Shown piece by piece: positions 20,269 to 30,024 of a stretch of DNA of 64,000 bases. The DNA is from Verrucomicrobiaceae bacterium (GTDB lineage Bacteria; Verrucomicrobiota; Verrucomicrobiia; Verrucomicrobiales; Akkermansiaceae). The notes beneath the pieces were generated by a model. The model had not been told where the DNA came from and ran no database searches. It saw only the letters and a list, made by a program, of their open reading frames with translations. The stretch lies in contig JBPOGH010000013.1 in NCBI GenBank assembly GCA_051252135.1, forward strand, positions 63,325-127,324, given 5' to 3'. The translations under genes and the position numbers were made by a program. Within the stretch, counting starts at the first letter, position 1. Every line of letters starts with the position of its first letter.

Positions 20269-22086
20269 ATGAACAGATTGCGTAGCGCCGGTCGCCCGAT
20301 TCCCTTTCCCCTTCTCAGCCTGCTCCTTCCGCTGGCTACCGCTTTGTCATCTCCCGCAGCGGAGCACTGGGTGGACTCGGATGATGACATCCGCTCTCTC
20401 GTGACCGCCGGCACGGTTCAGCCCGGAGACACCGTGATCTGGAGAAATGGCGTATACGATGGCATGGAGATCAACTTCAACTTCATGGGCACCGAATCAG
20501 CCAGGATCACTCTCCGCGCCGAAACCCCGGGCAGGGTGATTCTCAAAGGAAGCTCCTTCGTGAAGTTCGGAGGTGACTATCTCACCGCCACCGGACTGGT
20601 CTTCTACAATGGCGATGACTACCTGCGTGACGTCCCGTCCGCTGCCGTCCAATTCCGGTCCAATAGCGGAAATCGACATGCCCACTACTGCCGCCTCACC
20701 AATTGTGCCATCATCGACTTCAATTCCTGGGAACAGGATGTCGATGACGACGATGAAGACGGAGATCGCGAGGAGTTCATCTACGCCAACTCCAAATGGA
20801 TTCAAATCTACGGCACCAACCACCGCGTGGATCACTGCCATTTCTCGAAGAAAATTGTCCGCGGCGCCCTCATCATCACCGAGCTCGTGCCTCAGGATGG
20901 CGAAGAAGGAACACCTTACCCATCCTACAATCACCGCATCGATCACAATTTCTTTGGCCCGAATCCCATCGGCTTCAGTGGCAACGAATTCGAAACCATC
21001 CGTCTCGGGACCAGCGACTTCTCGAATTTCAATGGCAACATGATCGTGGAAAACAACCACTTCTACCATTGCGACGGCGAGATCGAGACCATCTCCAACA
21101 AGAGCTCCCACAACACCATCCGAAACAACATTCTTATCGGCTGCCAGGGATCGATCGTCTCACGCCATGGAGATTTCACCACCTTGGATGGCAATGTCAT
21201 CCTCGGTCAGGGGATCGCCAACACCGGGGGAATCCGCATCAACGGAGAAGGGCATATTGTCACCAACAACTACGTCGCAGACACCATGGGCGACGGGCTT
21301 CGGGGCGCCCTGGTCCTGCGCGCCGCCGGCAGTGTCTCCTCAGCCGATACCAACGGCGGGTATGAACAGGTCCGCAATGCCCTCATCGCTCACAACACCT
21401 TCGTCAACAACCGGCAGACCTGGAATCTCGGCGAACTCGGCTCAAAGGACAACAGCTTGGGAGCCAGAAACTGTCGCCTCGTCAATAACCTCGCCGTCGG
21501 CACAACCGGCCCCCTCATCTCCTGGGGCCGCGCACCCCAGGAAATGACCTACGAAAACAACATCGTATGGGGCGCCGATGCCGGACTCTCCCACGAGGGC
21601 ATTCTCAACACGGATCCGGAACTCGAAGATCGCCCCAATGCCCTCCTCTCCCCCGGGGATTCCAGTCCCGCAAACGATGGCGGCCTCGCAGTCGCATCCG
21701 TCGGTCTTGATATCGACGGTCAGGCCCGCTCCGCCTCCACCCCCGACATCGGTGCCGATGAAGTCTCTCCCAACCACTCCTTGCTCGCCCCCATCGCACC
21801 CACCGGCGTGGGCCCCGATTGGCTGCCCGAAGGCAGCCCGTTTGATCTCAAAAATATCCGCCTCGAAGAAAATGGAGTCGTCGCCCTGGAATACCTCCGG
21901 GACAATCACTTCGGATACGGCTTCTACGGTTTCGAGGTTTCTTCGGACCTTAAGGAATGGGATGCCGCCACCCCCGTCTCGGTCGATGCCATCCTCAACG
22001 AAAACCTCCGCCAAACTCACGTAAGCGATGACCCTCAAACGGATCGCTTCTGGCGCCTCGTGTTCAAATCTCCCACCGCGGAATAG
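20269..22086 (+). CDS. Polysaccharide lyase family 6 (alginate lyase / chondroitinase B-like beta-helix)
   Basis: PGDTV..RNG.Y, ITLRAETPG, RVDHCHF, ETIRLG, ISNKS..N..R.N. Confidence 0.88.
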   Translation: MNRLRSAGRPIPFPLLSLLLPLATALSSPAAEHWVDSDDDIRSLVTAGTVQPGDTVIWRNGVYDGMEINFNFMGTESARITLRAETPGRVILKGSSFVKFGGDYLTATGLVFYNGDDYLRDVPSAAVQFRSNSGNRHAHYCRLTNCAIIDFNSWEQDVDDDDEDGDREEFIYANSKWIQIYGTNHRVDHCHFSKKIVRGALIITELVPQDGEEGTPYPSYNHRIDHNFFGPNPIGFSGNEFETIRLGTSDFSNFNGNMIVENNHFYHCDGEIETISNKSSHNTIRNNILIGCQGSIVSRHGDFTTLDGNVILGQGIANTGGIRINGEGHIVTNNYVADTMGDGLRGALVLRAAGSVSSADTNGGYEQVRNALIAHNTFVNNRQTWNLGELGSKDNSLGARNCRLVNNLAVGTTGPLISWGRAPQEMTYENNIVWGADAGLSHEGILNTDPELEDRPNALLSPGDSSPANDGGLAVASVGLDIDGQARSASTPDIGADEVSPNHSLLAPIAPTGVGPDWLPEGSPFDLKNIRLEENGVVALEYLRDNHFGYGFYGFEVSSDLKEWDAATPVSVDAILNENLRQTHVSDDPQTDRFWRLVFKSPTAE

Positions 22087-22154
22087 TCCGATTCGCCGGA
22101 TTCGTTGCCAACCTTTGTTCGACAAACCCGGTTCAGGGAAGAACGCTTGAGAGC

Positions 22155-22195
22155 AAAAAAAAGACACCCCGACGGCTCGACCGTCGGGGTGCTTT
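22155..22195. terminator. Terminator between convergent genes
   Basis: CACCCCGACGG-CTCGA-CCGTCGGGGTG with A8 on the left and TTT on the right. Confidence 0.8.
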
Positions 22196-22219
22196 GAAAA
22201 GAGAGGTCTCTTTAACGGC

Positions 22220-23044
22220 CTATCGGCGGCGGCGCAGCGCCATCAGGGAACCGAGGGCCACCAGAATAGGTGCCGTGGGCTCAGGGATCGTGGGGTTGGT
22301 AAGATCGACCGAATTCGCACTCAGGTAGATGTCATCATAGTAGAGATTCGAATCAGCGGTTCCGCCGGCATTGCTCGCACCGCGAATGTAGAAGTTCACG
22401 ATGTCGGTGGGTCCGTTAATCCGATAGTCAAAATTGTCGTCGGGGGTCGACGTCGCGAGTTTCGTCTGGGTCGCAAAAGTCGCATCGGTATCACTCTGGA
22501 TGTAGAGTTCAAACGTTCCCGGATCGGTATTCGTCGTCACCATCCACATGTTATACCAGGTGGAATCTCCCAGCAGGGAAACCTGCTCGTAGGAACCACC
22601 GTTGCGGACGTCCATGTTGTTGGTGCCTGCGGGGATCGTGTTCCGAAGTCCGGACTTGAAGTTGAAGTTCGTAACCGCTGCGTTGTCGGTAAGAGCCACC
22701 ACCGCATCCGTTGTGCCTCCAAGGGAGGAATCGGGCGTCCGGAATCGGTAAAACACCGTTCCGGTATTGCCGGCGGTGATATTGCCGCCACTGAATTGAC
22801 CCCGAATCACCTGGTTGCCGGCCGTGCCGGCCAGCTTCAAGGCCGTGTTTGACGCATTACTCGGATCAACTTCGGCCGTGACCGTGCTGCCGCCGTCCCA
22901 AGTCACCCCGGCTCCCGTCGACCCATCCACCAAGGATCCAGGCGCGAGAGATTCAAAGTTATCAAGCAGCACCCAGGCTGACAGGTTGGATCCTACGCTG
23001 AGGCAGGTGATTGCGGCAGTGAGCGAAAATGGAGACAGTTTCAT
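22220..23044 (-). CDS. PEP-CTERM sorting domain protein
   Basis: Signal peptide; C-terminal IPEPTAPILVALGSLMALRRRR. Confidence 0.9.
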   Translation of the reverse strand: MKLSPFSLTAAITCLSVGSNLSAWVLLDNFESLAPGSLVDGSTGAGVTWDGGSTVTAEVDPSNASNTALKLAGTAGNQVIRGQFSGGNITAGNTGTVFYRFRTPDSSLGGTTDAVVALTDNAAVTNFNFKSGLRNTIPAGTNNMDVRNGGSYEQVSLLGDSTWYNMWMVTTNTDPGTFELYIQSDTDATFATQTKLATSTPDDNFDYRINGPTDIVNFYIRGASNAGGTADSNLYYDDIYLSANSVDLTNPTIPEPTAPILVALGSLMALRRRR

Positions 23045-23223
23045 GGATTTTGGATGTATCGATGTTCATTGAGGCGCAAATCAAAGTCACGAAGAGCACC
23101 TATTAGGGGAAACTTCGAATTATTTGACGGGAGATGTCCAGCACAAACCCCCGCAATTGCATAAAAAAGGACATTTCCCCCCGTCACCGCCCCTCTCAAA
23201 TCCGCCACTCCCCTCAAACCTCA

Positions 23224-24792
23224 TCATTTCTGCCCGGATCCCACCCTCCCCGACTTCATCGGCGGAGCCTCGTAGTACTCCCGCAACCGATGAAACTCTT
23301 TCTTCAGCGCCGCCTGCACCTCCGCAGACTCCGGATCGCCATAAACGCTCTTCATTTCCTGCGGATCCTTGATCAAATCAAACATCTGCCACTCATCGGT
23401 CCCCGGAAGGTAAAAGAGTTTGTGGGTCGCCGTCCGCACCCCGAAGTGCTGCGGCACATTGTGCTCACCGTGCTCATAGTAGGAATAGTAGACCGATTTC
23501 CGCCAGTCCTTCGCCCCGCCCCTGAGCACCGGCACCATCGATCGACCCTGGACTTCCGCAGGCACCGGCACCCCCGCAGCCTCCAGAAAGGTCGGAGCGT
23601 AGTCGATATTCTGAATCATCTCCTTGGGACGCGCTCCCGCCCGCGTCACCCCCGGCCACCGGATCACAAAAGGCATCTTGAAGGACTCCTCAAACATCCA
23701 CCGCTTGTCATACCAACCATGCTCCCCGAGGTAGAACCCCTGATCCGAGGCATAGACCACGATCGTGTCCTCAGCCAAACCCTTCTCATCCAGATAATCC
23801 AGCATCCGCCCCACACTCTCATCCACCGCCTTCACCGTTCCCAAATAGTTCTTCATGTAGCGCTGATACTTCCACCGCACAATCTCCTCATCACTCATCT
23901 TCCCCACCCGCTTGAGAAAGGCCTCATTCTCCGGTCCGAAGTGCGCATCCCACTCCTTCTTTTGCGCCTCATTCATCCGCCCATACTCCACCGGTCCGTA
24001 ACGATCCGGCCCCGGCAATTCCACCCCGTCGCGTTCATCCTTCCGCACCTTCGCATCATAGGACCAATGGAAATGCCGATCGATTTCCATCTCGTTCTTC
24101 GCCAGCGTCCCACTCCGGTTCCCGTAATCATCAAAGAGCGAGGGAGGCTCGGGAATCGTCACTCCGTCGAAGCTCTTTAAATGACGCAACGCCGGCGCGA
24201 AGGTCCGGTGAGGCGCCTTATGCTGACACATCAGAAAAAACGGCTTCTCCTCGTCCCGCCCGTCAAGCCACTCAATCGCCTTCTCCGTCGTGATGTCCGT
24301 GCAATAACCCGTAAACTGCTTGCTGCTCCCGTCCATCTGCTGAAACACCGGATTGTAATAACTCCCCTGCCCCGGAAGAATCTCCCAATAATCAAAACCC
24401 ACCGGGTCTGAAACCAGGTGCCACTTCCCCAGCACCGCCGTCTCGTAGCCCGCCCCCTGCAGCGCCTTCGCCAGGGTCCACTGCGATTGATCCAGCCCCG
24501 TCCTCGAATTCCGGAGAAACCCGTTCTTGTGACTGTGCTTCCCCGTCAAAATTGTCGCCCGCGAAGGCCCGCAAATCGAATTCCCGCAAAAGGAATTCTC
24601 AAAGATCGCCCCGCCCGCCGCCAACCGGTCAATATGCGGCGTCGGCGCCACCTCCGCCAAATCCCCCCCATAAGCAGAGATCGACCTCAGCGCATGATCA
24701 TCCGAAAAAAGAAACAGAATATTCGGCCGCTTCCCCTCCGCCATCGAAAGCGCCCCAAAAACAACCAGCGTAAAAACAAAACCCTTCATCAC
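23224..24792 (-). CDS. Sulfatase (S1, Cys-type)
   Basis: PNILF..SDDH, CGPSRATILTG, GKWHL, SDQG..LGEHG..DKR. Confidence 0.95.
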   Translation of the reverse strand: MMKGFVFTLVVFGALSMAEGKRPNILFLFSDDHALRSISAYGGDLAEVAPTPHIDRLAAGGAIFENSFCGNSICGPSRATILTGKHSHKNGFLRNSRTGLDQSQWTLAKALQGAGYETAVLGKWHLVSDPVGFDYWEILPGQGSYYNPVFQQMDGSSKQFTGYCTDITTEKAIEWLDGRDEEKPFFLMCQHKAPHRTFAPALRHLKSFDGVTIPEPPSLFDDYGNRSGTLAKNEMEIDRHFHWSYDAKVRKDERDGVELPGPDRYGPVEYGRMNEAQKKEWDAHFGPENEAFLKRVGKMSDEEIVRWKYQRYMKNYLGTVKAVDESVGRMLDYLDEKGLAEDTIVVYASDQGFYLGEHGWYDKRWMFEESFKMPFVIRWPGVTRAGARPKEMIQNIDYAPTFLEAAGVPVPAEVQGRSMVPVLRGGAKDWRKSVYYSYYEHGEHNVPQHFGVRTATHKLFYLPGTDEWQMFDLIKDPQEMKSVYGDPESAEVQAALKKEFHRLREYYEAPPMKSGRVGSGQK

Positions 24793-24920
24793 CCTCCCCC
24801 CTCTCTACAGATCCCAAAGTCTCCCGAGAAGGCGTTTCTTCCGATCCTCCTTCAACAGCGGTCTGGGAATGGGGCTGCGACTCCCCCGCTGCCGATCAAC
24901 TGACCGTTCATCATGTTCAC

Positions 24921-24949
24921 AAAAAAGGAGGGGATAAATCCCCTCCTTT
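24921..24949 (-). terminator. Terminator after nrdA
   Basis: AAAGGAGGGGAT-..-ATCCCCTCCTTT with T-run on the minus strand. Confidence 0.8.
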
Positions 24950-24974
24950 AAGAAACCAATTAATCAGATCGAAT

Positions 24975-27900
24975 CTACTGGCACGCCTCGCACTCCCCGC
25001 CATTCATCATGGCGTCGATGCTGCATGCCTGCACCTGCTCCGGCGTGAACTCCTTCTTCGCGTTGCCGCTTCCGCTGCCAACGGTCGATTTCTCGATGTC
25101 GCTGGCTTGACGGGTGCGGAGGTAGTAGGTCGTTTTCAGACCGGTGTGCCACGCGTGACGATACATGTGGCTCAGGCTCTTCATGTCCGGCTTGGCCAGG
25201 AAAAGGTTCACCGACTGTGATTGGTCGATCCACTTCTGGCGACGTGCGGCCGCATCGATAATCGCTTCGTAGCCTACTTCGAAGACCGTCTTGTGCTTCG
25301 CCTTAAGGTGTTCGGGGATGCCTTCGATATCAGCAAGCTCACCATTGAAGTATTTCAACTGGTCGATCATTTCCGGACTCCAGAGACCTTCCTTCTTGAG
25401 GTCGTTCACCAGAACCGGGTTGAGGACCGTGAAGTCACCACCGAGGTTACTCTTCACAAAGAGGTTGGTGTAATTCGGCTCGATACACGGCGTGGTGCCC
25501 ATGATGTTCGAGATCGTCGCCGTCGGCGCAATCGCTAGCACGTTGGAGTTCCGCATCCCGTGCTGCGCAATGCTCTCACGCACCGGGCGCCAGTCCATCT
25601 TGCCACCACGGGGGACTTCCACCTTGGCGCCACGCTCGTCCTCAAGGAGGTCGACCGTATCCTGGGGAAGAATCCCACGATCCCACTTGGAACCCTTGTA
25701 GGAATTGTAGGTCCCACGCTCTCCCGCCAGCTCGCTGCTCGCACCATAAGCGTAGTAGGCAATCGCCTCCATGAACTCGTCATTGAAATCAACCGCTGCC
25801 TCGGAGGCAAATTCGTAGCCCTTCTTAAAGAGGGCATTCTGAAGTCCCATGATCCCAAGCCCAATCGGGCGGTGACGCGAGTTCGCCGTCTTGGCGGCAT
25901 CGGTCGGATAAAAGTTGATATCGATCACGTTATCGAGCGCACGAATCGCAACCGTCACCGTCTCGCGGAGCATGTCGTGATCAAGTGCGCCATCCTGGGT
26001 GATGTGCGTATCAAGAACCACCGAACCCAGGTTGCACACCGCCGTCTCTTCATCCGAGGTGTTGAGAGTAATCTCGGTGCAGAGGTTGCTGGAGTGGATG
26101 ACACCGGCGTGATCCTGCGGGGAACGGAGGTTGCAAGGGTCCTTGAAAGTGATCCAGGGATGGCCGGTCTCAAAGATCATCTTGAGCATCTTCTTCCAAA
26201 GGTCGATCGCCTCAACCTTCTTACCCCAAATCTTGCCCTCTTCGGCCATCTTCTCGTATTCCGCATAACGCTGCTCGAAGGCCTTGCCAAAGAGATCGTG
26301 AAGATCGGGAGTCTGGTTGGCACGGAAGAGCGTCCAGGACTGCCGGGCTTCCATGCGCTTCATGAAAAGATCGGGCACCCAGTTCGCGGTGTTCATGTCG
26401 TGCGCGCGCCGGCGCTCGTCACCGGTGTTCACGCGGAGCTCAAGGAAGTCCTCAATGTCGTTGTGCCAGGTCTCAAGATAGGCACATCCGGAGCCACGAC
26501 GCTTGCCACCTTGGTTCACCGCAACAAGCTGGTCATTGTGCAGCTTGAGGAAAGGAATGATGCCCTGTGACTCCCCGTTGGTGCCCTGAATGTAACCACC
26601 GGTTCCACGCACCGCGGTCCAGGAACCTCCAAGGCCACCGGCCCACTTGGAAAGGAAGGCATTCTCCGCGATGCCCCGGATCATGATCGACTCAATGGAG
26701 TCGTCCACCTTGTAGAGGTAGCAGGAGGAAAGTTGGGAATGCAGCGTGCCGGAATTAAAGAGCGTCGGCGTGGATGAGCAGAAACGGCGTCCCTTGTAGA
26801 GATTGTAGAGGCGGATCACCCAGTCCTCGGCGTCATGCTTCTCCGCCTTGAAAAGTCCCATCGAGACACGCATCCAGAAAAACTGCGGCGTTTCCATCCT
26901 GCGGGGTTTATCGCCCGTCTTATCAACCTGCAGATAGCGGTCGTAAAGGGTCTGGATACCGAGGAACTCAAAGTCGAGGTCGGCCGAGGGGTCCAGCGCG
27001 TCCGCAAGTCGATCGAGGTCATACTTGTCGAGAATGTCCTGACTGATCCGCTTAATCTCAACGCCGTGCTTAAGATAGGATTTGAAATTCTGCTTGTGGG
27101 CATCTTTCAGACGCTCCACTCCATCGGTCTGGATATTCCAGGGAAGGACTTCTTCGTAAATGTAGGAAAGGAGAATCCGTCCCGCAAACTTGGACATGTC
27201 CGCATCCTGTTCGAGGAGGGTTTTGGAATTGAGAATGATCGTCTGCTTCAGGTCCTCCGCAGTGATCTCGGCACCGATGGAGCGGCGAAGTTCACGCTCG
27301 ATGTCTTCTTCGCTGACCGAAAGCTTGAGCCCGATCATCGCAAACTGAATCCGCTTCTTTAGTTCGGTCCCATCCCAGAAGGCGCTCGTGCCATCAGGCT
27401 GAACCACCACCACCATCGATTCCTGGTTTGGATCCTCGGGAACGAGTGCTTCCTCCTCACGCTGACGGGACCGCTCGGCACGATAAAGAATGTAGGACTC
27501 GGCTACCTTGAAATGACCAAGGCGCATCAGCTCTTCCTGCACAATGTCCTGCACATCTTCGATATGGACAAAGGCTTCGTCACCACCGCGAACACGCTCG
27601 GTCACGGCATGGGCCACCTCGTGGGCCACCGCGGAGTTCTCCTTGAGCGAAAGACACGTGCGGGAAACCGCCTGCTCAATCTTGGTCTCGGACCAGGGGA
27701 CAACGTTCCCGTTACGACGAATCAGGCGCACCGGCATCGCGTGCGGTTCCTCGTCCACCACAATCTCGCCATTGCGCTCAAGGGAACGCTTGAAGACAAG
27801 GGACTTCGCAACGTCATGCGCGTCGTTCTCGATCAGCGCCTTTTCAATGAGCAGGTAGAGATCGTTCTGCGAAAGTTTGAGCTGCCCCCCCCGCTGCACT

Positions 27901-28220
27901 TCACGCATGAGTGAGGCGGATACCCGCGTCGCCACCGCGGAAACGAAGGACTGGTTCTTGTCGGAAAAAATGCTGTCCTCCGGCTCATTGCGGGAAATAA
28001 GGAGGTTTGCGAGAGATTCCCCGATCGCCTCAGCTACCGAGGAAAGCGAGAAGGACTCCTCGGCTCCACCACGGGTGATGGTGATCTCGGGCACCGGAGC
28101 CCGATGCTCCATGGCCAGAATGTCACGCCACGCATAAGGGCTGGCTTCGGTTTGGGAGGAGCGGGTGGCGACGACTTCTTTGAGTGCCAAATCTTCGGCG
28201 AGAGTGATGGGGCGATACAT
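24975..28220 (-). CDS. nrdA: Class I ribonucleotide reductase alpha subunit with about three N-terminal ATP-cone repeats
   Basis: STPTLFN, SSCY, SNLCTEI, APTATIS, KTTYYLR, C-terminal CEACQ. Confidence 0.97.
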   Translation of the reverse strand: MYRPITLAEDLALKEVVATRSSQTEASPYAWRDILAMEHRAPVPEITITRGGAEESFSLSSVAEAIGESLANLLISRNEPEDSIFSDKNQSFVSAVATRVSASLMREVQRGGQLKLSQNDLYLLIEKALIENDAHDVAKSLVFKRSLERNGEIVVDEEPHAMPVRLIRRNGNVVPWSETKIEQAVSRTCLSLKENSAVAHEVAHAVTERVRGGDEAFVHIEDVQDIVQEELMRLGHFKVAESYILYRAERSRQREEEALVPEDPNQESMVVVVQPDGTSAFWDGTELKKRIQFAMIGLKLSVSEEDIERELRRSIGAEITAEDLKQTIILNSKTLLEQDADMSKFAGRILLSYIYEEVLPWNIQTDGVERLKDAHKQNFKSYLKHGVEIKRISQDILDKYDLDRLADALDPSADLDFEFLGIQTLYDRYLQVDKTGDKPRRMETPQFFWMRVSMGLFKAEKHDAEDWVIRLYNLYKGRRFCSSTPTLFNSGTLHSQLSSCYLYKVDDSIESIMIRGIAENAFLSKWAGGLGGSWTAVRGTGGYIQGTNGESQGIIPFLKLHNDQLVAVNQGGKRRGSGCAYLETWHNDIEDFLELRVNTGDERRRAHDMNTANWVPDLFMKRMEARQSWTLFRANQTPDLHDLFGKAFEQRYAEYEKMAEEGKIWGKKVEAIDLWKKMLKMIFETGHPWITFKDPCNLRSPQDHAGVIHSSNLCTEITLNTSDEETAVCNLGSVVLDTHITQDGALDHDMLRETVTVAIRALDNVIDINFYPTDAAKTANSRHRPIGLGIMGLQNALFKKGYEFASEAAVDFNDEFMEAIAYYAYGASSELAGERGTYNSYKGSKWDRGILPQDTVDLLEDERGAKVEVPRGGKMDWRPVRESIAQHGMRNSNVLAIAPTATISNIMGTTPCIEPNYTNLFVKSNLGGDFTVLNPVLVNDLKKEGLWSPEMIDQLKYFNGELADIEGIPEHLKAKHKTVFEVGYEAIIDAAARRQKWIDQSQSVNLFLAKPDMKSLSHMYRHAWHTGLKTTYYLRTRQASDIEKSTVGSGSGNAKKEFTPEQVQACSIDAMMNGGECEACQ

Positions 28221-28364
28221 GGGATGCTGAATTAAAATTTAAGGGTAAACGCGGGGGGCTATTGAATATTGATATTGGTCGGTCCTTTCGGGCCACAGTT
28301 TGGTCTTGATAGTGAGAAAAGAATCTTGGCCTGATGAGAACCTCAGGCCTGAACCCTGGTTGAA

Positions 28365-29459
28365 CTAGAGATCGTCGTCGGTGTATCCGTTATCCTCCAA
28401 AACAGAGGATTTTTGATACTCGGTGACTTTCCCTTCGAAGAAATTTTGTTCCTTCTTAAGATCGATGGCCTCGGACAGCCATGGGAAGGGATTGTTGGTC
28501 TGGCCGGTGAGGGGTTCGAGGTGGCAATTCACGAGACGCCGGTCCGCGATGTAATCAATGTATTGCTCGAACTCCACGGCTGACAGCCCGACGGCGCCCA
28601 CCGGCAAACAGTCCCGGATGAACTCTTTCTCAAGGCGAACGCCTTCGGCCATCGTCTGCCGGAGATCCTCCTTGAATTCCCTCGTCATGATGTCGGGGTT
28701 CTCGGTGATCAGTGAATTCAGCAAATTGCGGAAGACTTCGATGTGGTTTGATTCATCCCGCAAGGTGTAGCGGAACATCTGACCAATGCCCGGAAACTTG
28801 TTCTGGCGATACAGGCTTAGAATCATTCCAAAAAGACCGTAGAACTGGGTTCCTTCCATCACCTGACCAAAGAGGAAAATGTTCTTCGCCAGGGCCTGCT
28901 TGTTCTCCAGAACGGTGAGATCGAGATCGCGGCGAAGGCCTCTTGAATTGCTCACCACAAAGTTGTTTTTCGCCGTGATCGAGGGGACATCCTCAAACAT
29001 CGCCTCGCACTCGTGCGGATTGAGACCAAGGGAGGAAATCATGTAAACCAGCGAGTCGGCGTGGATATTTTCCTCATGGGCATGGCGGCCCAGAACCAGT
29101 TTCAGCTCGGGAGCCGTCATGAGTTCGCGCACCACGTGAATGATGTTGTCTCCCACAATCCCCTCGGCAGCCGAAAAGTATCCAATCCCCATCTTGATGA
29201 TCCAACGCTCGACATCGGAAATTTCATCGCCACGCCACTGCTCGACATCCTTCTGCATCTGGATGTCTTCAGGCTCCCAGTGGTTGCCTTTCATCGTTTT
29301 GTAGAGGTCATACGCCCACTGGTATTTCAGCGGGAGAATGTTGAAGAACATCGTATCCTTACCATTGATGACCTTTTTGGACGCAAATGCGGCCTCGGCT
29401 TTCTCCTTATCGAGAATAAATGTGCGGTCTCCAAGGGTGATGGTGGTGGTGTCGGACAT
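28365..29459 (-). CDS. nrdB: Class I ribonucleotide reductase beta subunit, class Ic (Mn/Fe)-type signature
   Basis: W.PE.I, AAEGIV, EENIHADSL, EG..FY, RDESNH, NFFE.KV.EY. Confidence 0.95.
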   Translation of the reverse strand: MSDTTTITLGDRTFILDKEKAEAAFASKKVINGKDTMFFNILPLKYQWAYDLYKTMKGNHWEPEDIQMQKDVEQWRGDEISDVERWIIKMGIGYFSAAEGIVGDNIIHVVRELMTAPELKLVLGRHAHEENIHADSLVYMISSLGLNPHECEAMFEDVPSITAKNNFVVSNSRGLRRDLDLTVLENKQALAKNIFLFGQVMEGTQFYGLFGMILSLYRQNKFPGIGQMFRYTLRDESNHIEVFRNLLNSLITENPDIMTREFKEDLRQTMAEGVRLEKEFIRDCLPVGAVGLSAVEFEQYIDYIADRRLVNCHLEPLTGQTNNPFPWLSEAIDLKKEQNFFEGKVTEYQKSSVLEDNGYTDDDL

Positions 29460-29585
29460 GGGCGGATTTTTCAGTATTCGGGGGGAAAAATGAGTGTCTT
29501 TTGCGGCATCTTCTTCGGTAACATCGAATTAGCGCAACAGCCCCGAAGCTACCTCAAAGCCTCCTTGTTGGACAAGTCCCTTTTT

Positions 29586-29630
29586 GCTCATATGGTATCA
29601 ACAAATTATTCACAATACCACATGTTGTGC
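29586..29630. promoter_or_regulatory. Candidate NrdR box (29618-29627), weaker second box (29586-29595) and DnaA-like box (29606-29614)
   Basis: CCACATGTTG resembles the NrdR core CwAtATaTwG; boxes 32 bp apart; TTATTCACA fits TTATnCACA. Confidence 0.45.
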
Positions 29631-30024
29631 TTGTGTCGGATGTCCAACATTTCGACCTTTCCGAGAAACTCAGCCGGATTCCACGCTCTCACAAGGCAAA
29701 CAGCGGTTTTCGATTTCTCCGCGAAGGGCACAATCCGTCCGCCACTTGCGCTCGAAAAAAAATGAACAAATTTCCAAAGATGCTTCGGGTATCCGTATTT
29801 TTAAAATTTAAGGCCAACTCCGGATCAATCGCCCGCCAATAGGGCTAGATTTCCCCTTGTTGCATACTTTTGAAGTGTAAAATTTGAGATTTCAGGCCCG
29901 TTTCACCGCTCCCTCCCAACCCATCCGGACCCCACTTGCAATCCCCATTGAAAGACCCTGGCCATTTTATGGGTAACCTTCGGGAATGTCCGGTCAGTGA
30001 CACCCTTCTGGATTGATCATTCCA

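Noticed and set aside
28331..28360. Hammerhead ribozyme core CTGATGAG
   Set aside because: No stem II followed by GAAA; the motif is part of a simple hairpin and lies antisense to the mRNA.
29640..30020. Riboswitch or small RNA in the long nrdB upstream region
   Set aside because: No recognisable cobalamin or other aptamer motifs by eye; an Rfam scan would be needed to exclude one.
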